From: an uncultured Gemmatimonadales bacterium
GTDB taxonomy: Bacteria > Gemmatimonadota > Gemmatimonadetes > Gemmatimonadales > GWC2-71-9
NCBI GenBank assembly: GCA_963812755.1
Contig: CAWEWK010000010.1
Span: 107,872 to 171,871 of the forward strand
Reading direction: 5' to 3'
DNA: 64,000 nt
The notes under the pieces are model-generated. The model was not told where the DNA came from. It was given only the letters and a program-made list of their open reading frames with translations, and did not search any database. Shown piece after piece: positions 47,275 through 57,577 of the stretch (its first letter is position 1; each line of letters begins with the position of its first letter). Position numbers and translations under genes: made by a program.

Positions 47275-47343
47275 GGCTATGGGCTATGGGCTATCGGCTC
47301 GGAGCTATGGCGCTGCATAGCCGAGTAGCCAATAGCTCATAGC
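47275..47343. repeat. heptad-repeat hairpin element, copy 5 (GCTATG variant, degenerate)
   Basis: GGCTATG GGCTATG GGCTATC GGCTCGG AGCTATG gcgctg CATAGC CGAG TAGCC AATAGCT CATAGC. Imperfect hairpin between the ybaB start and the dnaX stop. Confidence 0.75.
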
Positions 47344-47345
47344 GT

Positions 47346-48989
<1,644 letters not shown>

Positions 48990-49040
48990 GGGGCAGCGGG
49001 GCCGCGGGAGAGACAGTCAGCGGGGCGAAGAAAGAAAAGT

Positions 49041-49137
49041 GCCTCAGGCACCCCGAAGCGACACCGGACATCGCTTAGCGCTGCTACCGGCGAGGTCCTG
49101 ACGCGGTTCACGCGCCGGCGCCCTTCGGACCTGAGGC
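49041..49137 (-). ncRNA. ffs: signal recognition particle RNA (small 4.5S type) candidate
   Basis: 97-nt imperfect hairpin closed by GCCUCAGG/CCUGAGGC. Minus-strand core GUGAACCGCGUCAGGACC-UCGCC-GGUAGCAGCGCUAAGCGAU parallels the E. coli domain IV ACCAGGUCAGGUCC-GGAA-GGAAGCAGCCAAGGCAGAU. Lies immediately upstream of dnaX, the common ffs position. Confidence 0.6.
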
Positions 49138-49192
49138 ATCTCGAATATATCCGGAGCATAGAGGGATTGGAAGTGGCGAGAGCGCGCGGCCA

Positions 49193-50128
49193 CTATCCCA
49201 GAATCGCCCGTTGTCTCTGCTGCATGCGCCTCAATTCCCACGTCTCCGCCACCACCCCACCGAGCAGGAACACGATGGCGGTATAGTAGACCCAGAGGAC
49301 GAACAGGACCGCTGCCCCGATATTGGCGTCTCCGGCTTGGCCCTCCAGCGAGGCGAAGTTCGCGAGGTAGAGCCCGTACAGCCGTTTGGCAGCCTCGAAC
49401 AGAAACGCGGTGAAGGTGGCCGCCAGCAGCGCCGTCTTCCAGGGCAGTCGCCGGACCGAGGCGTAGCGATAGGTCACGTAAAACAGGGATAAGGAGAAGC
49501 CGAAGGCCAGGAGCTCGAACAGCAGCCGGCCCATGGTCGAGACGAAGAAAGCCAGCTGCGGCACCCGCTCGGCGCCCCGGGCCTGGATCACGGCGAGCCC
49601 GGTGGTGAGCGCGGTATTCAGCAGAAAGAGGACGACGGTTGCGATGACCATGCCGGTATCGCGCACCTTCCCCAACAGCAGGTTGAGGAGAAAGTGGCGC
49701 CGCGGCTGAGGCCGGGCCGAGATGTCGAAGACCTCGTTGAGCGCGGTGCGGACGCCGGCGAACAGCCGGGTGCTGAACCAGACGAACGCGGGAGCGGCGT
49801 AGAGCGAGATCTGGCCCCGGTTCCGGGTGATCCCGGCCAGCAGGCCTTCGATCAACTTGAAGGGATCTTCACCGGGTGCCGACGTATGCGGTGGAAAAAA
49901 CCGGTGGAACAGGACAATCGGATCCACCGTGGTCTCGGCCGCGAGCGCCTGGGCCAGGTGGGTTAACCCAATCAGCAGGAGCAGGACGAAGGGAACCGCG
50001 GCCAGCAGCGCATCGAAGGTCAGGGCGCTGGCCAGGAACGGCAGGTTGTTCTCGTCGGCGGCCTGAAGCGTGCGGCCAAGGAACCCGGCGAGTGACCGAT
50101 GCCACCCGCCGGGACGAACGCGGCTCAG
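49193..50128 (-). CDS. YihY/virulence factor BrkB family membrane protein (start codon unresolved)
   Basis: The track ORF starts at GTG 49927. The same frame stays open upstream and encodes the family N-terminus (LAGFLGRTLQAADENNLPFLASALTFDALLAAVPFVLLLL) with no ATG/GTG/TTG. CTG at 50128 overlaps the upstream TGA. Confidence 0.75.
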   Translation of the reverse strand: MSRVRPGGWHRSLAGFLGRTLQAADENNLPFLASALTFDALLAAVPFVLLLLIGLTHLAQALAAETTVDPIVLFHRFFPPHTSAPGEDPFKLIEGLLAGITRNRGQISLYAAPAFVWFSTRLFAGVRTALNEVFDISARPQPRRHFLLNLLLGKVRDTGMVIATVVLFLLNTALTTGLAVIQARGAERVPQLAFFVSTMGRLLFELLAFGFSLSLFYVTYRYASVRRLPWKTALLAATFTAFLFEAAKRLYGLYLANFASLEGQAGDANIGAAVLFVLWVYYTAIVFLLGGVVAETWELRRMQQRQRAILG

Positions 50129-50538
50129 GCGGGGGGCTCCTCGTAGTCTCCCGCGGCCCGCCGGCGGGATCGAGTCTCGGCCAGACGGCGCTCCAGCTCC
50201 TCACGGGCCGTTGGCCCCGACGCGCGGGGGCGCAGGGCCGGGCTCTCCCGGCTCGTCCCGAACAGCTCCTCGTCCTCCTCCTCGTCGTCGTCCAGTCCCT
50301 CGAGCGACTCCTTGACCCCTCCGAACTGCTGGGTCAGCTCGTCGAGTTTCTCCTCGGTCATGGCCCGGAACTTCCAGAGCTTTCGCTGGAGCACCCGGCG
50401 GGTCTCCTCGCCGCTGCGGGGCGCATAGAGCAACGCCAGACCAGCACCCAATACCGCCCCCCAGAACAGCCACTTAGCGGAGGCGTCTCCGCCCCGCTCG
50501 ATGTAGACGACCTCGCTCCCGCCCTTGCGACGCACCAT
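50125..50538 (-). CDS. YtxH domain-containing protein
   Basis: TM helix WLFWGAVLGAGLALLYAPRSGEETR followed by a charged coiled tail. 137 aa. Confidence 0.75.
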   Translation of the reverse strand: MVRRKGGSEVVYIERGGDASAKWLFWGAVLGAGLALLYAPRSGEETRRVLQRKLWKFRAMTEEKLDELTQQFGGVKESLEGLDDDEEEDEELFGTSRESPALRPRASGPTAREELERRLAETRSRRRAAGDYEEPPA

Positions 50539-50547
50539 GCGGTCCTC

Positions 50548-51963
50548 CTATTCCCCGGCGTCAGGATCGTCGGCCGCCGCCACCAGCGCCGGCTTGAGCG
50601 CGGCATGGTGCTGGATGGGGGCCCGAACGAACCGGTTGATGTGATCCTCGGTGCCATTCACGTTCAGCTGCTCGAAGAGAAACGCGAAGGTGCGCTCCAG
50701 GTCCGCCGCGATGGCGGCGCGCACCTCTTCGGGAAGGGACCAGAGCTCCCGCTTGAACGGCCCGATCGCCTTCTTCCGCGCCTTGTAGTAGAACTGCTCG
50801 TTGGTATCCCCGCTCTTCCGCTCGCCAGCTGCATTCTGATCCAGCCACTCCCGGATCCGCTGCGCCAGCTCGGCCGGGAGCCGGGGGTGATCGAAGATGA
50901 TGTTCTGGAAATTGGTGGCCAGGTGAATCTCGGCGGTCTCGATGCGGGGGAAATTGCCGAAGGCGTTGGACGGGAGCGTACTCGCGCCGTGCTGCACGGC
51001 TCCAGCGAGACCGTATGGGTCCCGGGCAACCCGGGATAGTGCCGCGAGCGCCTGGAGGTCGAGCTTCACGTCGGCGATGGTCCCGTCGGGTAGCACGACG
51101 CCACCATGCGAGGTTCCGGTCTGAACCGAGATCTTGCTGATGCCTTCCAGCGCACCCAACGCTGCGAGGCTGCGCTGGTATCCCTGCATGAACGCATGCA
51201 GCTCCTCGACGGTGCTGTTCTTCATGCCGACTTCGCCGATCTCCGCCCCGACCGAAACCGTCACTCCCTGGGGTTCCTCGCCCCGAATGAAGCCGGTGAT
51301 TTCCGCCGCCCGCTCATAGTTGTTCCGCTGCTGCTCCTCCAGGGTCGGCTGGGACAGATCCACCAGGGTCGAGGTGTCGACGTCGATGTTGTAGAAGCCG
51401 GCACCGATCTCCTCGGCGATCAACTTCTTCACTTCACCGATCTCGCCTTCGGGATCGGATTGAAATTTCTTGTGATTGACCTGGCAATGATCACCCTGAA
51501 TGAACAGCGGCAACCGGTAGCCTTCCCGCAGGGCCGCACCGATCATCACCGATACGTACTCCGCCGGCCGCTGCTCGGTATAGGCGATTTCCGACCGAGC
51601 AATCTCGAGAATGATGGCGCCTGCCTTGCCGGCCCGGGCGGCGCGGAAAATGGCTCGGGCGGTGTCATAGGCCATGGCGCGGACGTTCATCGCGGGTACG
51701 GTAAAGCCCCCGATCTCCCCTCGGCCGCGCGCCAGATACAGATCGTTGATGGATGCCGGGCGAGCACCGGTGGCCTGCCCCAGCTCCCAGAGCAGCCAGC
51801 GGGCCGCCTCGCGCTCGTCACCGGTGGAGAATACCGCCTGCCACACCAGGCGGTCGGTGGCGGCGGACCGTACCTTGGCTGGATCGCCGACGGTCACGCC
51901 GCTGGGGGCCAGCGCGACGGCGCCTTCGTAGAGATCGATCGCTTGTTGGGTCAGATCAGCCAT
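50548..51963 (-). CDS. class II (metal-dependent) aldolase family protein, long form; probable fructose-bisphosphate aldolase
   Basis: FTVPAMNVR, LFIQGDHCQ (class II DH motif) and SHGG-type motif TGTSHGGVV. Adjacent to pgi and pyk. Confidence 0.65.
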   Translation of the reverse strand: MADLTQQAIDLYEGAVALAPSGVTVGDPAKVRSAATDRLVWQAVFSTGDEREAARWLLWELGQATGARPASINDLYLARGRGEIGGFTVPAMNVRAMAYDTARAIFRAARAGKAGAIILEIARSEIAYTEQRPAEYVSVMIGAALREGYRLPLFIQGDHCQVNHKKFQSDPEGEIGEVKKLIAEEIGAGFYNIDVDTSTLVDLSQPTLEEQQRNNYERAAEITGFIRGEEPQGVTVSVGAEIGEVGMKNSTVEELHAFMQGYQRSLAALGALEGISKISVQTGTSHGGVVLPDGTIADVKLDLQALAALSRVARDPYGLAGAVQHGASTLPSNAFGNFPRIETAEIHLATNFQNIIFDHPRLPAELAQRIREWLDQNAAGERKSGDTNEQFYYKARKKAIGPFKRELWSLPEEVRAAIAADLERTFAFLFEQLNVNGTEDHINRFVRAPIQHHAALKPALVAAADDPDAGE

Positions 51964-52047
51964 CCGGGGGAACTCCTCCTCGAGGCTTGGGGCGGACGCG
52001 CCTGGGAAAGGTAGGGCGTGGTCGGGGGAGGGTCAAACCGGTTGGCA

Positions 52048-53427
52048 TCAGGCTTCCTCCAACGCCACCGCCTTTTGCCGCTCCGCCTCGTAACCCGGAC
52101 GTCCCATCGCCGCATAGGTGAGTCGCTTGCCCAGCTCCACCCCGGGTTGGTCGAAAGGATCGATGCCGTACCAGACGCCGGCATAGCCGGTGGCGATCTG
52201 GAAAAACATGATCGTCTCGCCGATCGTCGCCGCAGTAAGATCGCTCAACCGCAAGGTGCAGCTCATCCTTCCCCTCTGGGCCAAGGCAGCCGCCGTAGCC
52301 TCCAGCTCGGCGCGGAGCAGCTCACCCAGGGTATGTCCGGGCAGATAGGCGAGGTCAGGCGGAAGGTCGGGGCGCACGGGGATGGGAACGTCCTCCCCTG
52401 ATTCGTCCACTGCCATAAAGGTGATGGCTTTGTCGAAGGGGCCTTCCATGAAGAGCTGCACCTGGCTGTGCTGGTCGGTGGCGCCGACCGCCGCCAGCGG
52501 GGTGGGTCCGGTATTGACCGTCTTCCCTGCCCGATCCACCCGCTTACCCAGACTCTCCGCCCAGAGCTGGCGATACCATTCGGCCAGCTCCTTCAGGCGG
52601 TCGCTGTACGGCATCAGCACGTGGAGCTTGGCACCCAGATCCTGATCCGCGGCCCAGAGGAGCGCGGCGTAGAGTGCCGCCGGGTTCTTAAGTAGCTCGT
52701 CGGAACCGCACCGCTCCAGCGCGTGCCGCGCACCAGCCAACAACCCTTCGATGTCGATCCCCACCAGCGCCGCGGGGAGCAGTCCTACCGGTGAGAGTAC
52801 GCTGAATCGTCCTCCGACAGCTGGTGGAACATCGAGCGTCGCGACACCCTCGCGGGTCGCAATGTCGCGGAGCGCGCCGCGCGCGGGATCGGTGGTGAAT
52901 ACCAGGTGCCGGTACGCCGCGGCACCGAGGGTGTCCTCCAGCCAGGCCCGTACGACCAGGTACTGGGCCATGGTCTCCGCGGTGCCCCCCGATTTGCTGA
53001 TCACGTTGACCAGCACCCGGCGAGGATCGATCCGGCGCAGCGCGGCGGCCACGGTGGTCGGGTCGACATTCTCCAGTACGGTCAGCCGGGGAAAGAAGTC
53101 CCGACCCTCGTCGTCCAATTCGTTCCAGGCCGGCGGCCGCAAGGCGTTGAGCAGCGCCTTGGTGCCGAGCGCGGAACCGCCTATGCCGAGCACCAGCACG
53201 TGGTCGTGGGCCTGACCCAACCCTTCGGCGAACGCCTTGATTTGCCGGACGGTGGGTCCCTGGTTCACCAGGTCGTAGAACCCGTACTCTCCCTCGTCGC
53301 GGCGGCGCCGCACTTCCTGGTGCACCGCACCGAACCGGCTGGAAAGCTCCTCCAGACGGGGGCGAGACAGGCCGTGGGCTCCGTCCAGCCGGTCTTGCAG
53401 CATGCGGCCGTAGGTCAGTCGGATCAC
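52048..53427 (-). CDS. pgi: glucose-6-phosphate isomerase
   Basis: LVLGIGGSALG, VISKSGGTAET and GGRFSVLSPVGLLPAA motifs. GTG 53427 overlaps the upstream TGA (GTGA); ATG 53403 is an alternative. Confidence 0.85.
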   Translation of the reverse strand: MIRLTYGRMLQDRLDGAHGLSRPRLEELSSRFGAVHQEVRRRRDEGEYGFYDLVNQGPTVRQIKAFAEGLGQAHDHVLVLGIGGSALGTKALLNALRPPAWNELDDEGRDFFPRLTVLENVDPTTVAAALRRIDPRRVLVNVISKSGGTAETMAQYLVVRAWLEDTLGAAAYRHLVFTTDPARGALRDIATREGVATLDVPPAVGGRFSVLSPVGLLPAALVGIDIEGLLAGARHALERCGSDELLKNPAALYAALLWAADQDLGAKLHVLMPYSDRLKELAEWYRQLWAESLGKRVDRAGKTVNTGPTPLAAVGATDQHSQVQLFMEGPFDKAITFMAVDESGEDVPIPVRPDLPPDLAYLPGHTLGELLRAELEATAAALAQRGRMSCTLRLSDLTAATIGETIMFFQIATGYAGVWYGIDPFDQPGVELGKRLTYAAMGRPGYEAERQKAVALEEA

Positions 53428-54200
53428 GTGATCTCCACGCTGAGCCCGTCGTACGCCGGCATTACGCCCGGTGGAAGCTGCGCCGCCAGCTGGGCATGAC
53501 CGGTCTCGTGGGTGAGATGGGTAAGATAGGTGCGGCGGGCGCCCAGGGAGCGAGCGGTCTCGATCGCTTCGGCGATACTGAGGTGAGTGGGATGGGGTCG
53601 CCACCAGAGCGCGTTGAGCACCAACACGTCGAGTCCGCGGAGTCGGTCACGTTCCGACTCGGAGATCGCCTTGACATCGGTAATGTAGGCCAGCGGACCG
53701 AAGCGGTACCCGAACACCCGGAGATGCCCGTGAGGGAAGGACAGCGGGAGCATCTCGACGCCGGCGACGTCGACCGTCCGCCCCGGCTCGACCGCGTGCA
53801 GCTCCAGGGTCGGCTTCGAGGTCCCCTCGTAGGCCGGGATCTCGTCGTCGAAGATGTAGTTGAACGAGACTTGAAGGCGGTGAAGCGTCTCGGATGGGCC
53901 GAAGATGGGGAGGGCCTGCTTGCGCCGCACCGAGAACATCCGCAGATCATCGATCCCGTTGATGTGGTCGGCGTGTTCGTGGGTGTAGACTACCGCGTCG
54001 ATCCGGCTGAACCCGCCCGCGATGAGCTGAAGCCGCAGCTCCGGCGGGGTGTCGATCAGGATGGTGGAGCCTTCCGCCTCGATGACCGCGCCCGAGCGGG
54101 TGCGCTTGTCCCGGGGGTCGGTGGACCGGCAGACCGCACAATCGCACCCGATCTGGGGCACGCCGAAGGACGTGCCCGTGCCGAGAAACGTGAGCCGCAT
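53424..54200 (-). CDS. MBL-fold metallo-hydrolase (PhnP-like)
   Basis: LGTGTSFGVPQIGCDCAVCRS zinc ribbon-like insert. HEHADH motif. 258 aa. Confidence 0.8.
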   Translation of the reverse strand: MRLTFLGTGTSFGVPQIGCDCAVCRSTDPRDKRTRSGAVIEAEGSTILIDTPPELRLQLIAGGFSRIDAVVYTHEHADHINGIDDLRMFSVRRKQALPIFGPSETLHRLQVSFNYIFDDEIPAYEGTSKPTLELHAVEPGRTVDVAGVEMLPLSFPHGHLRVFGYRFGPLAYITDVKAISESERDRLRGLDVLVLNALWWRPHPTHLSIAEAIETARSLGARRTYLTHLTHETGHAQLAAQLPPGVMPAYDGLSVEIT

Positions 54201-54203
54201 TCC

Positions 54204-55667
54204 CTAAACTGCTTCGATCTTGAGGAGGTTGGTAGTGCCCGGCATGTCGAAGGGAACACCCGCGGTGACCACCACGCGCTCTCCGGGTCGGGCGAGCCCG
54301 CGCTCGAGAATCTGCTGCCGGGCCACCGAGAGCATGGCGTCGTAGTCGGTCAGGTGCTCGGTGAGCGCGGGCGTGACGCCCCACACCAGCGAGAGCTGGC
54401 GATAGGTGTCCGGCTCTGCAGTGGAGGCAAAGATCGGGACCGACGGCCGGCAGGTGGCCACCTTCCGCGCGGTGAACCCGCTGCTGGTGAAGCACACGAT
54501 CAACGGCGCCGACAGCATTTCCGCCGCGGCGCAGACCGCCACGGCGATGGCGTCCTCGGTCCGGATCGGACCGCTCTGGGTCACCCGGTGATGCGGGAAG
54601 GTGGCTCCATCGCTGGTCCGCCGGCCCAACGCGGCGTCGATGGTGACGCCCCGGCCCTGGCGCTGGCCCTCCATTTCCCGGGCGATGCGATCCATAGCCC
54701 GCACCGCCTCCACCGGGTAGCGCCCGATGGCGGTTTCGGCCGAGAGCATGACCGCGTCAGTCCCGTCGAGAATGGCGTTGGCGACATCGGAGGCCTCGGC
54801 CCGGGTGGGACGCGGGGCGTGGATCATCGATTCCAGCATCTGGGTCGCGGTGATCACCGGTTTGCCGTGCAGCCCGGCCTCGCGGATGATCTGCTTCTGC
54901 ATCAGGGGGACTTCTTCGAAGGGCAGCTCCACGCCGAGATCGCCGCGAGCCACCATGATCGCATCGGATGCATCGAGGATGCCGCAGAGATTTCGCAGCG
55001 CGGTGTCCTTCTCGATCTTGGCTACCAGCTTGGTCACCCGCGGCACCAGCGCCCGCAGCTGTTCCATGTCCTCCGACCGGCGCACGAACGACAACGCCAC
55101 ATAGTCCACCCCCAGAGCGACGGTGTGCTCCACATCCTCCAGATCCTTCGCGGTGAGTGCGGGCGCGCTGACCTCGATACCGGGCAGGTTGATTCCCTTG
55201 TGGGAGGTGAGCTCGCCACCGTAATGCACCACGGCCTCGACCCGCCGCTCGTGCAGTCCGCTGACTTCGAGGGACAGCAGTCCGTCGTCCAGCAGAATCC
55301 GAGCGCCCGGGCGGACGTCGCCGGCCATGTCGTCGTAGGTAGTCGGGATCTCGCCTGGCCGGGCCTCCTCTTCCGGCGCAAACACCACTCGGCGCCCGGC
55401 CTCCAGATGGAGCGGCTCGGCCAGTGTGCCCACGCGGATCCGGGGGCCCTGAAGATCGAGCAGGATCGCGGCCGCCTCCCGCCGACCTTCCATCACCCGC
55501 TTCAAATCCCGGATCCAACGAGCGCGAACCTCCGGCGTGCCGTGGGAGGCGTTGATCCGCACCACGTTGACCCCGGCATCGAGGAGAGCGGCCATCTGCG
55601 CCGGCTGTTCCCAGGCCGGTCCCAGGGTTGCGACGATCTTGGTGCGGCGAATGGAGGTGGAAGGCAT
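54204..55667 (-). CDS. pyk: pyruvate kinase
   Basis: RRTKIVATLGPA, VVRINASHG, MVARGDLGVE and ITATQMLESM motifs. 487 aa. Confidence 0.95.
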   Translation of the reverse strand: MPSTSIRRTKIVATLGPAWEQPAQMAALLDAGVNVVRINASHGTPEVRARWIRDLKRVMEGRREAAAILLDLQGPRIRVGTLAEPLHLEAGRRVVFAPEEEARPGEIPTTYDDMAGDVRPGARILLDDGLLSLEVSGLHERRVEAVVHYGGELTSHKGINLPGIEVSAPALTAKDLEDVEHTVALGVDYVALSFVRRSEDMEQLRALVPRVTKLVAKIEKDTALRNLCGILDASDAIMVARGDLGVELPFEEVPLMQKQIIREAGLHGKPVITATQMLESMIHAPRPTRAEASDVANAILDGTDAVMLSAETAIGRYPVEAVRAMDRIAREMEGQRQGRGVTIDAALGRRTSDGATFPHHRVTQSGPIRTEDAIAVAVCAAAEMLSAPLIVCFTSSGFTARKVATCRPSVPIFASTAEPDTYRQLSLVWGVTPALTEHLTDYDAMLSVARQQILERGLARPGERVVVTAGVPFDMPGTTNLLKIEAV

Positions 55668-55690
55668 GAGAAGAGTTTAATGACGGCAAG

Positions 55691-57247
55691 TCACTGCTGC
55701 ATCACGACCAGGCCCCCGACGATGGTGCAGAGAGCCCGCGCCGCACGGAAGGCAGCGCCGTCTCGCTCTACCGCGGGGTCGACATCCCAGACGACAAGGT
55801 CCGCATCGTAGCCTGGCGCCAACCGCCCGCGGCGGTCGCCCGATCCTCCGGCCGCCGCCGCGGCGGCGGTATACGCCGTGACGGCATCCTCGAACCCCAC
55901 CCTCTCCTCCGCGCGCCAACCACCGCCCGGGTACCCGTCGGGTCCGGTCCGTTTCACCGCGGCGAAGATTCCTTCGCGAGGATCGATCGACGCGACCGGC
56001 ACGTCGCTCCCGAAGACCATGGCGGTGCGGCGCTGGAGCAGGCTGCGAAAGGCATACGCACCGCGGCCCCGCTCGCCCCAGTGCCGATCCACCAGCGGGA
56101 TGTCGGTCAGCAGGTGCGCCGGCTGCATGGATACCACGAGGCCGGCCTGGGCCGCGCGATCGAGATCATCGGGGTGGACGCACTGGAAGTGCTCGATCCG
56201 GTGCGGCACTCCGACCCGGGGGAGTGGCGTCATCAGGTCGAGCGCGCGCCGGACCGCGGCGTCACCGATCGCGTGGACCGTGGCCGCGATCCCGTGGCTG
56301 GCTGCGGTGTGCACCGCGTGCCGTGCCTCCGCTTCGCCGGTGGTGGGCATGCCACGATCGCTGGTGCCTTCATACGGGGCGAGCATCCACGCGGTTCGGC
56401 TTCCCAGGCTGCCGTCGAGAAACAGCTTCACCCCGCCGATCACCAGCCAGTCCGACCCATCACCGCTCCGCACGCCTCGTTGAATCAGCTCCCGAAGGGA
56501 CTCCACCGGAGGATGAAAGAGGACCCGCAGGCGGAGCCGGTCCGTGCTCTCCAGCCGCCGAAAGGACTCCAGGGCCGAGTCACCCTCCACGTTATGGATC
56601 GCGGTGATGCCCAGCCGGTGGGCTTCGGCCTGCGCCTGGAGGATCGCCTCGTCGAGCTGGTCTGGCGGGGGAACCGGCAATCTCCGGCCGACCAGCTCCA
56701 CCGCACGCTCCAGCAGAAGACCGGTCGGCTCACCCTCGGCGTCCCGCACGATTCTCCCGCCGAAGGGATCGGCCGTGGTCCGGTCGATCCCGGCGAGCGC
56801 CAGGGCTGCGCTGTTGACCCACGCCGCGTGTACGTCGAGCGAATCGAGGTAGACCGGGAGCCTCTGGACCGCATCGAGCGACCAGCGGTCAGGCGCCGAT
56901 TCCCACGAGTTGGCGTCCCATCCCTGTCCCAGGACCCAACCCTGCACCGGCGCCGCGGACGAGATGCGTTCGAGTGCTTGTCTCCGCGAACGGGCGCCGA
57001 CCAGCTGTACTCGCCTGCGACTGAGCGACCACATACCGAAGTGCGTATGGCCATCGACGAACCCCGGTGTCACCAATGCATGGGGGTAGTCCCAGCGCGG
57101 CACCCTGCTGGGCGCCTCCTGCTCGAGTTCGACCGCCCTCCCGATGCGCCGGATGCGACCGTTCTCCCACCAGACCGCATCCCCATTCACTCCGGGTATG
57201 AGGGTCAGTATTCGCCGGGCGCGGAGCAGGCCGGAATTGACGTCCAT
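55691..57247 (-). CDS. amidohydrolase family protein (amidohydrolase_3 / YtcJ-like)
   Basis: PGFVDGHTHF metal motif, VHAIGDAA, and C-terminal GSDVPV..PGYDADLVVWD. Confidence 0.85.
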   Translation of the reverse strand: MDVNSGLLRARRILTLIPGVNGDAVWWENGRIRRIGRAVELEQEAPSRVPRWDYPHALVTPGFVDGHTHFGMWSLSRRRVQLVGARSRRQALERISSAAPVQGWVLGQGWDANSWESAPDRWSLDAVQRLPVYLDSLDVHAAWVNSAALALAGIDRTTADPFGGRIVRDAEGEPTGLLLERAVELVGRRLPVPPPDQLDEAILQAQAEAHRLGITAIHNVEGDSALESFRRLESTDRLRLRVLFHPPVESLRELIQRGVRSGDGSDWLVIGGVKLFLDGSLGSRTAWMLAPYEGTSDRGMPTTGEAEARHAVHTAASHGIAATVHAIGDAAVRRALDLMTPLPRVGVPHRIEHFQCVHPDDLDRAAQAGLVVSMQPAHLLTDIPLVDRHWGERGRGAYAFRSLLQRRTAMVFGSDVPVASIDPREGIFAAVKRTGPDGYPGGGWRAEERVGFEDAVTAYTAAAAAAGGSGDRRGRLAPGYDADLVVWDVDPAVERDGAAFRAARALCTIVGGLVVMQQ

Positions 57248-57263
57248 GGGGGAAGATAGGGGG

Positions 57264-57291
57264 TTGACTGCAACTGTTGACAGCCTTAAAT
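57264..57291 (+). promoter_or_regulatory. sigma70-like hexamer pair TTGACT-N16-TTAAAT
   Basis: Read directly: TTGACT 57264-57269, 16-nt spacer, TTAAAT 57286-57291, pointing into the AT-rich spacer. The host sigma-A is a short form whose promoter consensus may differ, so this is weak. Confidence 0.3.
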
Positions 57292-57296
57292 GGCTC

Positions 57297-57312
57297 TTTC
57301 CACATGTGGAAA
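57297..57312. promoter_or_regulatory. 16-bp perfect palindrome TTTCCACATGTGGAAA (candidate operator)
   Basis: Perfect dyad 50-65 nt upstream of the amidohydrolase start codon and immediately downstream of the promoter-like hexamers. Confidence 0.4.
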
Positions 57313-57577
57313 ACCAGCTTAAGTGAATATCTGCGGAGGGTGATCGGGAGAGAAAAAGGTTGAGGTCTCTCCTTCAAACTCACTTCACATAACGTTGGTT
57401 TGGGACTGATAAATCAATAACTTAACGAACAGTTCCAAACTGCGATCTCAACCTGGCGACAGTGTCACTACCCTCCCTGTAATTATTCAGAAAGTGGAAT
57501 TATGAACATCTTCTACATGGTGTTTGGCGCCCGGCGGCGTCGACAGCGTGGAGAGGCCGGAAAAGCCTGAAAAACTG

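Noticed and set aside
7262-47343. Heptad repeats as a CRISPR array or as coding tandem repeats
   Set aside because: The units are 7 bp with no spacers and are arranged as inverted arms. No cas genes are present. Apart from the 11-codon ATPase tail, they are intergenic.
53496-55811. 771-aa plus-strand ORF
   Set aside because: It is antisense to the MBL hydrolase and pyruvate kinase genes. It has no recognisable motifs and is a high-GC shadow frame.
57502-57570. 22-codon ORF MNIFYMVFGARRRRQRGEAGKA in the AT-rich spacer
   Set aside because: It is too short, with only a weak SD-like AGTGGA and no way to assess conservation from the sequence alone. It is mentioned under the spacer finding but not called as a gene.
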